A program made the translations under genes and the position numbers. From the NCBI GenBank assembly GCA_014905635.1, contig JABVCE010000014.1, positions 930,001-994,000 on the forward strand: DNA of 64,000 bases. The letters are read 5' to 3'. The notes under the pieces were generated by a model. That model was not told where the DNA came from, did no database searches, and saw nothing but the letters and a program-made list of their open reading frames with translations. The DNA is from Scenedesmus sp. PABB004 (Eukaryota). Within the stretch, counting starts at the first letter, position 1, and every line of letters begins with the position of its first letter. Shown here in pieces: positions 24,576 to 36,884 of this stretch.

Positions 24576-25666
24576 ATGGACGGCTCGCCCAGCTTCTTCA
24601 CGTTGATGGCCACGGGACAGGTGGAGTCGGCGGAGGTGCGGTGCGGTGCGGCGCCGCCGTGGGGGCGGCCGGCGGGCCCTTGCGCGCGCAGAGCGGCACC
24701 CCGCCGCGCCGCCAGGTCCCGCACTGCAGCAACGCGTATGCCAAGTACGAGGTCGTGGCGGGCGAGGACTGGCAGATCCTGGACGGCATGGACAACGGCA
24801 TCACGCAGGTCGCGCGCGAGTCCGCGGGTGCGCCCTGCGCGCGAATCGCCGACTGCAGCCGGCGCTGCGCGGCGCGGCCGGCGAGCGCGGTGCGCCGCGC
24901 CGCCTGACCGCGCCGCCCGGCCGCCGCCCAGGCCCGAGCCGGCTGCTGGTGTGGAACTTCCCGCTCGACCTCACGTACCGGTCGACCAACGCGTTTGGCT
25001 GGCCGCAGCTCGTCGTGTCTGTTTATGGCCTCGACGCGCTCGGCCGAGACGTGCTGCAGGGCTATGCCGCCATGCACCTGCCCACCGCGCCGGGGCGGTG
25101 CGCGCGCCGCGCGGGGCTGCGGGGGCGGGACGGTGCCATCGCAGCGCGGGGCGGGGGCGCAGCGCTGACGCCCGCGCATGCCCCGCCCCGCGCGCCGGCC
25201 GGCCGGCGCAGGTACAACCTGCGGCTGCGGCTGTACCGCCCGCGCAGCGCGAGCCTGCTGCAGACGTTCACCAGCTGGCTGACCGGCATGCCTGCAGAGT
25301 TCAGCGACCCCCGGTTCCCCGCGTACGGCGAGGGCCGCGAGGGTGCGCGGAGCAGCCACGTGCTGCTGCGCGCGCTGCGAGCCGTGCCTGCTCCGCGGCG
25401 GCCGAGCGTGCCGCGCATGCTGCCCGCGCAGTGACGCGCGTGGTGTCGAGCGGGCACGTCAACGTGCAGGTCAACATCCTGACCAAGGCGCGGCGCGCTG
25501 GTCACTGCGCATGGGGGCCGGCACCACCAGGGCCGCTGCTGCGCGCGCCCCCAGCGCTCAGCCGCCGCGCCCCGCGCCGCGCACCCCCGCGCAGGACATG
25601 GCTACCTTTGGCTACGCCGACGGCAGCGGCCGCGACCAGGCGGCCTCGTTACCAGTGCGGCTCTGA
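24576..25666 (+). CDS. B9D1: B9 domain protein 1 (MKS transition-zone complex)
   Basis: GQVESAE, GEDWQILDG..GITQ, VWNFPLDLTYRSTNAFGWPQLVVSVYG.D..GRDV, GEGRE-VTRVVSSG, TK-DMATFGY. Six exons. Confidence 0.93.
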
Positions 25667-25822
25667 GCCGGCCGCCGTTGCGGCGGCGCGGCCCCGCCGC
25701 GCCCGTGTGACGCGGTCGCGCGTGTCCCTCTCCAGGCGCCACACGCGCGATCGCTGCACGCAGCCGCTGCAACTCAGCTCAGCTCCAGCTCACCCCGGCT
25801 CCGGCTCCGGCTTGGCTCCGGC

Positions 25823-28489
25823 TCAGCTCGGCGGCGGCAGCTTACCGAGCACCGCGTCCTCCATGAGCTGCACCGGCGGCGCGTCGGTGCCGGTGAAGAG
25901 CTTGAGCTGCTCCACCGCCTGGCCCACAAACATGGCCACGCCGTCGGCGGTCAGGCAGCCCGCGGCCGCCGCGTCGCGCAGCAGGCGCGTCTCGCGGGGC
26001 GTGTACACGGCGTCAAAGACGACCTTGAACTGGAGGGGGCAAGGAAGGGCAGAGGGACCATGAGCGCACGCGCGCATGAGCGAGCCGGCGGCGGCAGCGG
26101 CGGAGCGCGGGCGGCGGCGAGGCGGCGGCGGCGCCGCGCGCGCGGCGCGCGCACGTTGCCCACGGCCGCGGTCGCGACGGGCGTTGCCTCGACGTCGGGG
26201 ACCATGCCGACGCTTGTGCTGTTGGCCAGCACGTCGGCAGACACCTCGCCCGCCTGCGGCCGGCGGCACGGCGCGCGCGCGCGCGCGCGTGAGCGGTGTG
26301 TGCGCAGGAGATGCGTGGTAGCGCCTCCACCGCTCGGCCCGGCGACCGCCGCACCTGCAGTGCGCCCCAGTCCACGACCGTCGCGCCGCCGGGCACCGCC
26401 GCCGCGAGCGCCTCTGCGCGTGCCCTGCTGCGGTTGGCGATCAGCACCGTCGCGCCCCGGCTCGCCGCGCCAAACGCGAGCGCGCGCCCCGCGCCGCCCG
26501 CGCCGACGACCAGAAACGTGCGCCCCGACAGCGGGCTGGCAGCCCGCGCGCCGCAGTCACCGGCGGCGGCCGCCGCCTCTCTGCTCGTCGGCGACGCTGC
26601 GCCGCTGCGCCCGGCCGCGAGCACGCGCTCGATCACGCTGATCGCGGCGACCCAGTCGGTGTTGTAGCCCTTGAAGCCGCCGCCCGGCTGGCGGATGAGC
26701 GTGTTGACCGCACCGATCGCGCCCGCCACTGGGTCGTGCGCGGCCGCCGCCGCGTGCGCGGCCTCCTTGTGCGGGATGGTCACGCTGAACCCCGCCCAGT
26801 CGTGGCCCTCAAACGCGGACAGGAAGCGGGGCAGGTCGTCCACCAGCAGCGGCACAAACACGCCGTCGTGCCCTGGCGGTGACGACAGCGGCCGGCGGCG
26901 GCGGGCGGCGTCGGGCACGCGGCCGAGGGGGCGCGTGGGGCCGGCACGGCAGCCGCAGCCGTCGCCGCAGCCGCGGGCGCCGCCGCCCCCTCCCGCCGCC
27001 GCCGCCAGCCGCCAGCCGCCAGCGCCGCGCACCGAGCTGCCGGAACGCAGTGTTGTGGATGAGGGGCGACTTGCTGTGGTGCACTGGGTTGCCGATGATG
27101 CCGTACAGCGCCGTGGAGGGGCCCTGGGAGCCAAAGCCGTACAGCCCGCGCAGCTGCGCGATCGTCGGCTGCCCCGGCGCGCTCGCGCGCGCGTCGCTGA
27201 GCGCCGCAAACGTCAGCACGCCGCCGTACTTGGCCGCCAGCAGGCGCGTGATCTGGCCGCGCTCGCCCATCGCCAGCGCGATGGTCGGCCCTGCACGGCG
27301 TGCGCGGCAGGCGGCGGCGGGTCGGAACCTGGCGCGCCGGCGCCCGGCCGCGCGCGCCCGCTGTGCGCGGCGCCGCCGTCGCGTCCGCCGCCGCCGCCGC
27401 GCCGCGCCGCGCAGCCACGTCCGCCGCACCCTTGTTGACTTGCAGCAGCGAGAGCACGGCCGCGGCGTCGGCGATGTCGTTGGCCATGGTCGCGATCTTC
27501 ACGATGTCCGCCCCCGCCGCGCGCATCGCGTCGGCCTGCGCGTGCAGCCAGCCCAGGGACGGCGTCTCCTTGAAGTTGTGGCTGCTCAGGATGACCTGCG
27601 TCGAAACCGGCACCTCGCCCGCGCCTGCGCCGTCACGGCGGCGGCGGGGCGGCGGCGGCGTCGAGGGGCCGCCCTCGGAGTCGCGGGCGCGGGCGCTGCG
27701 CGGCGGCGGTGGGCGCGAGCCGGCCGTGCCGCACCCGCGAAGAAGAGCGCTGCGGCCTTGAACTCCACGTCCACGTACGGCGCGCCCCGCAGCGCCGCGA
27801 GCTTCAGCGTCGCGAGGCGCTCGGGCTCGGGGCCGTCGTAGTTGCCGCTGCGCCGGCGGCGGCGGGGGCGGGTCAGCCGGGCCGGCGGCCAGCCCCCTGC
27901 CGCGCCGGCGCCGCGCGCCGCTCTCGACGCTGCGCCGCGCGCTGCGGCAGCCAAGGCAGCCAAGGCAGGCAAATCAGGCAGGCCAGCGGGCGCGCGCGCA
28001 CACGCGCACGCACCCCTCCCAGGTCGGTCGGAACGTCACGATGTACGGCAGCGGCGCCGCGGCGGCCATGAGGGCCTCGAGGTGCGCTTCGGGCGTGAAG
28101 TCGGTGAGGAAGTCGAGGCGCAGCTCCAGCACGTCCACGCCCGTGCCCTGCGCCTCGGCAATCTCTGCCAGGAACGCGTCGACCGTCGGCGCGGTGATGC
28201 TGGTGCAGATCATTGTGCGCCCGCCGCCGCCCGGCCCGCCCGCCGGCGCCGCCTCCGCCGCCGCCGGCGCGGCGGCCGCCATCAACGCGCAGCGACGCGG
28301 CCGGCGCGGCGGCGCGACGGCGGCGCGGCGCGGCGCAGCAGCGCCCGACGCAGTGGCGCCTCGCGCACGGCTGTCGGCGGCCCGCCGCAGCGCTGCCGGC
28401 GGCGCGTTGAGCGCGGAGTGCTGCAGGGACCGCCGGGCCGCGGGCGTGGTGCCGGGCGGCGCCTGGGCGAACGCCAGGGGCACCGCCAT
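25823..28489 (-). CDS. Bifunctional 3-dehydroquinate dehydratase / shikimate dehydrogenase, plastid
   Basis: ELRLDFL, VTFRPTWEG, ILSSHNFKETP, AMGERGQITRLLAAKYGG, IGNPVHHSKSPLIHN, FSVTIPHKE, IGAVNT, GYNTDW, GAGGAGRA and FDAVYTP. Confidence 0.95.
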
Positions 28490-28815
28490 GTGGTGGGCGC
28501 CTGCTGCTGCTGCTCCCTGCGCGGCGGCCGCGCCGTTGCTGCGCCTGTGCGACAAGGGCGTGGCTCAGGGGACGCAGTGGGCGCACGCTGGGCATCGGCG
28601 GCGCCCGCGAAGCGTCGCGGGACGTTAAAAACCTGGGCGACGGCGCTGGGACGCCCCATTGCCCCACACTGCGGCTCCGTGCGCGCACAGAGCTCGGCGA
28701 GGCGAGACGCCACGGGCGCGGCGGCACCAGGCCGCGCCACCATACCCCCTCGCCGCGGCCTCGCCTGCTGAAAGCAGCATGGGCCTGCCCGCGGCGCGCT
28801 ACAGCTAGCCCCGCC

Positions 28816-31800
28816 ATGCTGGCGCCGGGGGCGCGCGCCTGCGGCGCGCCGCCGCGCTGCAGCCGCGGGCGGCGCTGCGGCAGCGGCGCGCCCGCTGCTG
28901 CGCCGCTGCCGCCGCCGCCGGCGCGCGCCGGCCGGCAGGCCACGCGCGGTGCGGCCACCGCGGACGCGCCCAGCAGCCCTGCCTCCGCGGAGGCGCTGTT
29001 CGCGGCGCAGCCGCGCCTGCTCACGGCGCGGCTGAAGCGGTCGGGCAGCTGGCGCGACGCGGCGGCGCTGCTCGACGCGGCGGGCGGCGCGGCCAACCAC
29101 ATCCACCTCGCGGCGGCAGTGGTGCAGGCGGCGCAGCTGCTGCGCCAGGCGGAGCAGCAGCCGGCGGCGCCCGACGCGGGCGCGTGCCTCGCGTGGGCGG
29201 CCGCGACGGCGTCGCGTGCGGCAGCGCGGCACGCGCGCGACCTCGAGCCGCGGCACACCGCCAACCTGCTCTGGGCGCTGGCGCGCTGCGGCGGCGGCGG
29301 CGCCGCGGGCGGCGGCGCCGTCGGCGGCGCGGTCGCGGAGCTGCTGGAGCTGCAGCGCGACCAGCTACGCCACGGCGGCGCCGCACCCCAGGACCTTGCC
29401 AACAGCCTGTGGGCGCTCGCGACGCTGCGGGTCGCGCCGCCGCCGGCCTGGCTCGCCGCGTTCTGGCCAGCCGCGCAGGCGGCGCTGCCGACGTTCCCGC
29501 TGCACGAGCTCGCCAGCACGGCGTGGGCGGCGGCGGCGCTGCGCGTCGCCGTCCCCGCCGCCTGGCTGGGCGCGTTCTGGGCGGCCAGCGGGCAGCAGCT
29601 AGCGCGCGAGGCGCGCGGCGGCGCCGCCGGCGGCGGCGCGCCGCCCTGCCAGGCGCTCGCCAACATGGCCCACGCCCTCGCCAGCCTCGGCGCGGCGCCC
29701 CCGCCTGACTGGCTGGCGGCCTGGTTTGAGGCGTCGGCGCCTGCGCTGGCGCGCTCCACGCCGGGGCAGCTGACCATGTCGCTGTGGGCGGTCGCGGGCT
29801 GGCGGGCAGCGCCGCCGACCGCCTGGCTGGCGGCGCTCGCAGATGCCGCGGCGGCGGCGGCGCCGCGGCTCAGCGACCAGGAGCTTGCGACCGCGGCGGC
29901 GAGCTGCTACCAGCTGCTGCTGCAGGGCTGCTGCGCCGGCGCGGCGGCACAGGGCGGCTCCGTGTCGGTGCAGCAGCTCGAGCGGGGGCTGGGCGCGCTG
30001 CTCTCGGCGGCGGCGGGCCGCGTGCAGACACTGCCCGTGCGTGCTGCCTCGGCGCTCGCCTGGGCGTCGGCTGGCCTGCCGACTGATGGTGGCGCCGGGG
30101 CGGGCCAGCAGCAGCAGCAGCAGCTGCTGCGGCAGCACCAGCACCAGCAGCAGCAGCAGCAGCAGCAGAGGCAGCAGCACCAACAGCAGCCCCCGCCGGC
30201 AGCGGGCGCGTGGCTGCAAGAGTTTGTGGCGCTGCGCAGCAGCGCGCCTGCGCCCAGAGGCGACGGCGGCGAGGCACTGCAGCTGTTGTGGCTCGCGGCC
30301 AAGGTGGGCACGCTGCCCGCCAGCGGCGCCTGGTGCGCCGCCGCGCGCGCGGCGCTGGAGCAGCAGCACGGTGCGGAGCCGAAGCAGCTTGCGCAGGCGT
30401 CCTGGTCTGTCGCGCAGCTGCTGGAGCTGGCGCACCCGCAGCCGCCAGGCTGCGGCGAGCTACAGCAAGAGCTGGACCGACTGGGCGCCGCAGTGCTCGG
30501 CGGCTTGACGCGACACGCGCGCCGCATGACCAGCGAACAGCTGCTCGAGGCGGCACTCAGCGCAGCGCGCATCACGGCGTGCGTGCAGGGGGCGCGGCAG
30601 CACGCGGGAGCGCTGGTGCAGGCGCTCACGGCTGCCGCCCAGCCCGGCGCGGCTGGCAGTCTGGGCCCGCGGCAGCAGCTGGCGCTTGCGGGCGCGCTGC
30701 ACCAGCTGCTGCGAAGCAGCCTGGCAGCGGCCGGGCCGGCAGAGCTGGCGGCGCTGCAACAGGCGGTCCACGCCTGGGTGGGCGCGGCGGCGCAGCTGGT
30801 GGAGGCTGCGTCGCTGACGCCGGCGGCGGGCGTGCGCGCGGGGCTACAGCTGTTGGCCGTAGCGCAGCTGCCCGTGCGAGCAGGCGCGGCGGCGGAAGCG
30901 GCCGGCCAGCTGGCGGAGGAGCAGCTGCTTCCAGTCGAGCCAGCGTGCCGGGCTGCGCTGCTGGGCCTGCTGGGGGGGCTCAGCAGCCTGGGGCCGGAGG
31001 AGACGCTGGGCGCGGCAGCGCTGTGCGCGCGGTGAGTTGTGGGCGCGCCCCGCTGGCCTGTGCGCGGCCAACGCCTGCGTCGCACCGCCCACCCCCGCAT
31101 CACCCTCTACCGCCCGCCCGTACGCAGGCTGCGCGTGCTGCTGCCCGCTGGCGCTGCCGCCGATATGGCGTACGCTCTGCAAGGCCACCTGCCCGGCTAC
31201 AGCCCCGAACAGCTGCTGCACGTGCTTGTGCTGCTGCGGCACCTGCGCCCGCCGCCGGCACAGCGCGGCACCATGGCGCCCGCGCGGCGCGCTGTCATGG
31301 CCGCCTGGCTGCAGGCGAGCCTGCGGCACATGCTGGCGGCGCTGGGAGAGCAGCAGCAGCTGGAGCAGGAGCAGCTGGAGCAGCAGCAGCTGGAGCAGCA
31401 GCCGCCGGGCGGGCCGGACTTTCTCGCGCTGTCGGTGGTGCGCCTGGCGCGGCTGCACGTGCACCCGGGCGAGCCCTGGCTGGCCGTGCACGGCCGCCTG
31501 CTGTCCGCGCAGCTGCCGGCGATGCCCGCGGAGCAGCTCTCACTGGCGCTGCTCGGCCTCGCGCGCCTGGGGCACCGCCCCGCCGAGCCCGCGGCGGCCG
31601 CGCTGCTGGCGGCGAGCGGCGCGGCGCTGCCGCGCATGACGCGCGGCCAGCTCGTGCGCACGCTGCACGCGCTCGCCAAGCTGCGCGTCGCGCCGGGCGA
31701 GGCGTGGCTGGCCACGTTTTACGGCGCCGCGCTGTCCGCGCCCGGGTCGTTTGGCGTGAGCGGCTTTGGCATGGTCGTCTGGGCGCTCGCGCGCGTCGGC

Positions 31801-32136
31801 GCGGCGCCCGATGCCGCGTGGCTGCAGGCGCTGCTCGACGCCACATTTGAGGGCTGCAGCGCGGGCGGCGAGGGACCGGGCAGCGAGGGCGTGTGCGGCG
31901 GGGGCGGCGCGGCGGCGCCCGCGCTGCACCCGCAGCACCTCGCCAACATGCTGTGCGCCTTTGCCAAGCTGCACTTCGCGCCCGGCGCGCCCTGGATGGC
32001 CTGGTTCCGGGGCCAGCTCGGCGCAGCGGCGGGGCCGCTCGCCGAGCTGGACCACTTTCACATCGAGTGGGCGTGGCGCGAGCTCGCAGACCAGCGCGCC
32101 GCGATGGCGCAGCACGGCGGGGGCGGCGGCGAGTGA
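28816..32136 (+). CDS. Octotricopeptide-repeat (OPR)-like helical repeat protein
   Basis: Repeated ~38-aa units such as PQDLANSLWALATL..PPPAWL, PGQLTMSLWAVA..PPTAWL and PQHLANMLCAFAKL..PGAPWM. One intron at about 31032-31127. Poly-Q tracts. Confidence 0.8.
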
Positions 32137-32185
32137 GCGCGGCTCGCCCGGGCGGCCGGGCGTGCACAGCGTCGGGATAGAGGTG

Positions 32186-32190
32186 TTACA
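32186..32190 (-). terminator. TGTAA polyadenylation signal for the minus-strand hypothetical gene
   Basis: ttaca on the plus strand, about 200 bp past the stop at 32396. Confidence 0.5.
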
Positions 32191-32395
32191 GTCCTGCCGC
32201 TCATCCTGCAAGCACGCACTGTGTGCTGCCGCCATGCCAAAAAGGGGCATGCAAAGTCAGTGTGCCGCGCGTGGGACAGATGCCAGCACCCCCGCTCCCT
32301 CGCGCCGCCGCCGCCGCCACGGGCAGCCGCACTGCGCTGGCGCGTCGCAGCGCCCCCACCGCCGCCGCTGGTCGTGCGCTCTCGCGCGCGCTCGC

Positions 32396-33316
32396 TCACT
32401 GCTTGCCCGCGCCCGCGACCGCCGCCGCCGCGCTGGGGAAGCGCGGCAAGCGCAGCAGGCGCCGCCGCCCCGCAGCGGCCGCGTTGCCGCTCTCCGCAGC
32501 GGCCGCCGCTGCGCCGGCCGCCGCGACCTGCTTGTAGGCCGCCGCCGCCGCCTCGCCCGCCGCCGCGGGCTGCCCGCCCGGCAGGCCCCCGGTGCACGCC
32601 GTCGCGGCGGCGGCGGCCGCCGCCGCCGCGGTCGCGGCTGCCGTTGTCGCGCGCGCAACCGCGTCGGCCATCGCGAGCTCGCGCGAGAGGTGGCTGCGGC
32701 TCCCGTCCGCCTCCTCCAGCGCGGCGGTCAGCGCCCGCACCTGGCCCTCCAGCAGCGCATGGTCCTCCCGCAGGTGCCCGTACCGCGCGTTGGCGTGCGC
32801 GACCTGCTCCGCGCACACGCGCTGCACGCTCACGCCCGCCAGCAACGCGACGCCGGCAAACGGGACGACCTCCCTCACCGGCTCGGGCAGCGCGGTCCAC
32901 TGCTGCTTGAGGCCGGTGATGGCCGGGTTAAGCCAGTCCACGTCCACCTTCATGCCTGGCGGGCGGCAGCAGCGCTGGTCGCGCCTGGCCAGCCAGCGCG
33001 CCGCGCGCTCGGCGGGGGCCGCCACCCCGACGCGTGGCGGCCGCGCACGCACCCAGGTTTGGGGACTTGATCTCCTTGCTGAGCTGCTGCACGCGCGCCG
33101 CCGCGCGGGCGCCGCCGGTCGCGAGCTGTTCGCGCAGGCGCGCCCACCACGGCGTGGCGCCGCCTGCGGGCACCGTGCCGTGCACGCATGCCCTTCAGTC
33201 CCAGGGACCAGCGGCCAGCGCGTGGGCGGATAGCGGCCGGCACCCTGGGCCTCTGGCGCTCGTGCCGCACCTGCCGCGCTGGCGTCGACTGCCCCGCCCG
33301 CGCCGGGCGCGCCCAT
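32396..33316 (-). CDS. Hypothetical protein with one hydrophobic segment and a coiled coil
   Basis: Three exons joined by two phase-1 GT-AG introns: MGAPG...AA-GGATPWWARLREQL...SPNL-GMKVDVDWLNP...VVPFAGVALLAGV...LEGQVRALTAALEE. No family recognised. Confidence 0.65.
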   Translation of the reverse strand: MGAPGAGGAVDASAAGAARAPEAQGAGRYPPTRWPLVPGTEGHACTARCPQAAPRRGGRACANSSRPAAPARRRACSSSARRSSPQTWVRARPPRVGVAAPAERAARWLARRDQRCCRPPGMKVDVDWLNPAITGLKQQWTALPEPVREVVPFAGVALLAGVSVQRVCAEQVAHANARYGHLREDHALLEGQVRALTAALEEADGSRSHLSRELAMADAVARATTAAATAAAAAAAAATACTGGLPGGQPAAAGEAAAAAYKQVAAAGAAAAAAESGNAAAAGRRRLLRLPRFPSAAAAVAGAGKQ

Positions 33317-33624
33317 GGCTGCGTCAGCGCCGTTAGAGACTCCCAGTCAGACGACAGTTACTGGGCGAGCGGTGCGGAAGCAGCAGCGCCCTGGGCGGGC
33401 CGGCCGAGCTGCTGGCGGGGCGCGGAGCTGGCGCTGTCGCTGCGACTCGACTGCTGGCAGCGCGGCATGGTATGGGACCCACCAGTTGCTCGACTCAGCC
33501 CTCAGCACCGCCGCGGCCGCCGCGGCCCCTCGGCTGCCGCGCCGCGTCCGGCTGACCGCCCACCGCCGCCGCAAAACGCAGGCAGCGCCACGCGCCGCTT
33601 CACCAAAACTCGCCACCAGCTCGC

Positions 33625-35423
33625 TCAGTCACGCGCGGGGCAGCTGGCCGGCAGCAGCCAGCCGCTGCTGCTGCCGGCGGCGAGCTCCAGGTCGCCGCAC
33701 GCGCTCGACCGACTGCTTGTCGACCCCGGCCCCGCGCGGCGCTGCTTGGCGGCGACCGCGCTGTAGTAGGCGGCGGCCGCCGCGTGACCCGCCCCGCGCC
33801 AGTCGACGGGCCCGCCGGCCAGGCTGGCGCGCGGCGAGAACCACGCGCCGCGCGGCTCGATCCATCCCGCGCGGGCGTAGAGCTGAAACGCGGCCAGGTA
33901 GGCTGCGGGCGAGGTGGCGGCGGGCGCCAGCTGCGGCGAGGGGCGCCGGCGGCCAGCGCCGGGCCGTGCGCACGCGCGCGCGGCGGCTGGCGCGGGGCGG
34001 CGCGCCGCACCGAGGACGAGCGAAAAGCACACGGCGAGCGCGTAGGTCGCAAACAGCGGCGCCACAAAGTGGACGGGCCCCGGCGCGCCCGGCGCCCACA
34101 CCTGCGCGCCGCGGGCTGCGGGCGGCGGCGGCGGCGGCGCAGGTGAGCGGCCGCTGCCGGCGCCGGCAGCGCTGCCGGCCGGCCGGCAGCGGGCGGCGCA
34201 CGCGCGCCCGCGCCAGGCTGGCGCCTGCCCGCGGCCTGGCCAGTCAGCCCCGGCGCCGGCGCCCGCAGCCGCGCGGCGTCACCGGTGAACATGATTGAGG
34301 CATTCTGGCAGCTCCAGGCGCCCTGGAGCAGCATCAGCCCGCAGCGCCCCATCGCGAGCAGCACGCTGTGCGACCACACGCACTGCGGCGGCGGTGGTCG
34401 CGCTGGGATCGTCGGTGCCGCCCGCCCGCCGTCGCGCGCGCTCCCGCGCCTCGCGCAGCACGCGCGCGCGCGCGCGCGTCTGCCGCCACCTGCAGCGCGC
34501 TGGTCGCGGCGAGGCCGGCCCAGACGTAGCCCGCCATCACGTGCACCGCGTGGTCCAGGGGCGAGGGCTTGATGTGCCAGCAGAAGACGAGAGTCTCCAG
34601 CGCAAAGCCGGCGACATGGAACGCGTGCTCCGCGCCGCTCGGCAGCGGCGCCGGCGCGGCGAGCGCGAGCAGGCCGAGCGCGCCCGCGGCCGCGTTGATC
34701 CCCGACATCAGGCCGTGCTGGAAGGACCCCGCGCCGCGCGCGTCCAGCGCGCCGGCGCCGTCCAGCAGCGGCCTGCGGGCGGCGGCGCGGGGTGGCGGCG
34801 CGGGGCGCGGCCCAGTGCGGCTGCCCCCAGCGCGCACAGCGCGGCTGCCCGAACAGCGCGCGCGGCGCGGCCCGCGCGCTGACCAGCAGTTGCCGCGCGC
34901 GAGGTGGGCGCACGCGAGCTGGTGCGAAAACGCCCACGCCGCGCCGTATAGCCCGAGCAGTGTCTTGGCGGCGGGCTCGCAGAGCTGGGCGGGCGTGCCG
35001 CGCCAGCTCGGCCAGGTGAACGTTGGCGCGCCCGCGCCGCCGGCGCCGGCGCCCGACGGCCCGCGCTTGCTGCTGGCGCTGTGCGCTGTGAAGCGCGCCA
35101 GCAGGTGGGCGTGCAGCGTGTAGGCGGTCCACCAGGCGCCCCAGAGCAGGAAGAAGAGCCCTGCGCCCGGCGCGTGGGAGGTGTGAGGCCCCCTGCGCAC
35201 CTCCCACGCGCGCAGCCAGGCGCGGCGTGCAGCGCGAGAACGGCGGCGGCTCGCGCTGCTGCACGCGCCGCGCCGCGCCGCGCCGCGCCACGCCCGGCTG
35301 CCCGCTGGCCTGGCCGCGGCTGGCCGCGCGCGCGGGAGGGGGTCTCGCACCTCCCTGGACGTGGCCCGCGAAGACCTGCCGCTCGTGCCCGGCATAGTCT
35401 GCCGCCATGCCGGGCATCGCCAT
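33625..35423 (-). CDS. TMEM45/DUF716-like multi-pass membrane protein
   Basis: FAGHVQG-GLFFLLWGAWW, FQHGLM, FALETLVFCWH, LDHAVHVM and LLQGAWSCQ give the His-dotted transmembrane pattern of this family. Confidence 0.72.
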
Positions 35424-35635
35424 GCTCGCTGGGCGCGCTGAGAGGGGCGCGGGCGGTGCTCGGGAGCTCGCGGAGAGCTAGCGGAGCTGTCGGACGCGCG
35501 CTGGGAACTGGGAGGCGAGCTGCGGGTCGCTGCGGGTCTCCCCGCGGCGCGCGTCGCGGAAAAACTCTGCCAACTTTCAATGGCGCGCCCCTGGGGCGCT
35601 CAGCGCGGCCCACACGGCCTCCCCTCACCAGCGCC

Positions 35636-36633
35636 TCAGCAGCTCAGCACGTGGTGCAGGCGCCCGGTGGCGACGTCGTAGACCAGGGCGTGGATGGGGA
35701 CGCCGCGGCGCATGAGCGGAGCGCGGCGCAGCAGCGCGGCATCCTCCTTCACGCTCGCGACCGGGTCTCCAAAGGGGCGCATGACCGCGTTGAGCAGCTG
35801 GCGGCGGACGGCGGACAGCGCTCAGTGCGCGGCACGGCGGCCAGGCCAGCCGCGGCGCGCGCGTGCGGCGGCCGGCCGCACGCACCGCCGCGCGCGCGCA
35901 CCCGCTTGCGCGCCCAGCGCGGCAGCAGCAGCTGCGCCCAGGCGCCCACGACCGACTGCGCGACGCGCGCCGCGACGCCCCACTCGCTCAGCAGCTTGCG
36001 CAGGCGACCGACCAGCGCGTCGTGGTGCCGCATCACCGCCTGCGGCCGCCGCGCAGCAGCGGTGTGCGGCGCTCCGCTTGGCCGGCGGCCGCGGGCGGCC
36101 CGCCGGCGGCCGCAGTGGCCCCGCCGCCATCTTTGCCTGGGCGCCGCAGTCGGTGTGGTGAATGATGAGCACGGCCCGTGTCGCGAGCTCCGGCACCTCC
36201 TGCGCAAAGCGGCGGCGGCGCACGGCTCAGCGCCGCGCCCCGTCGCCGCCCCGGCCTCGGCCGCCCGCCGGCGCTCCTCCGCGCCTGCGAGACGAAGAGG
36301 GAGCGCAGCACGTCGGCCGTGACGCGGCCGCCGGCGTTGCGCATGATCTCCACGTCTCCCAGGCGCACGCTCGGCAGCATGCGGTCGACCAGCAGGCGCG
36401 AGTCCATGCACGTCACGACCGCCAGCTGCGCCGGGGCAGCAGCACGGGGCGCACGTCAGAGGGCGCGCGCTGCGGCAGCGTGCCGGGCGGCGCGTGGCGG
36501 CGCGCCGCCGCTGCGCGCCCCCGCCCGCGCGCGCCTTCTTGCGCGCGCCGAGGCTCATGGGCTCGTTGAACGAGGCCGCCTGGGCGGCGTTGTCGGCCAG
36601 CAGGTCGCGCAGCAGCGCGTCGCCGGTGGCCAT
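35636..36633 (-). CDS. Beta-carbonic anhydrase, cab-type (clade D-like)
   Basis: LAVVTCMDSRL, MRNAGGRVT.DVLRSL, IIHHTDCG, SVKEDAALLR and LVYDVATGRL, with the CxDxR and HxxC zinc ligands. Confidence 0.9.
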
Positions 36634-36884
36634 GGTGCGATTGCGGGGCGCGGCGGCGGGCGTGGTGCGGGGTGTGGGGCGTGCAGAGGCGTGCGAGGCG
36701 AGCGGGCGGTGTGCTGGGGGCGGGTGCCGAGGGCGGCAGCTGCGTGCATAGACCGCGCAGCGGCGGTTAAATGACGGCGCCCGCGGTTCACGCGCGAGGC
36801 ACGCCGATCACGGCGCGCAGAGGCTGTACACGGTTTGAGCCCCCCCTCCCCTCTCTCCCCTGTCCGGCCCGGCCACGCTGCGCG

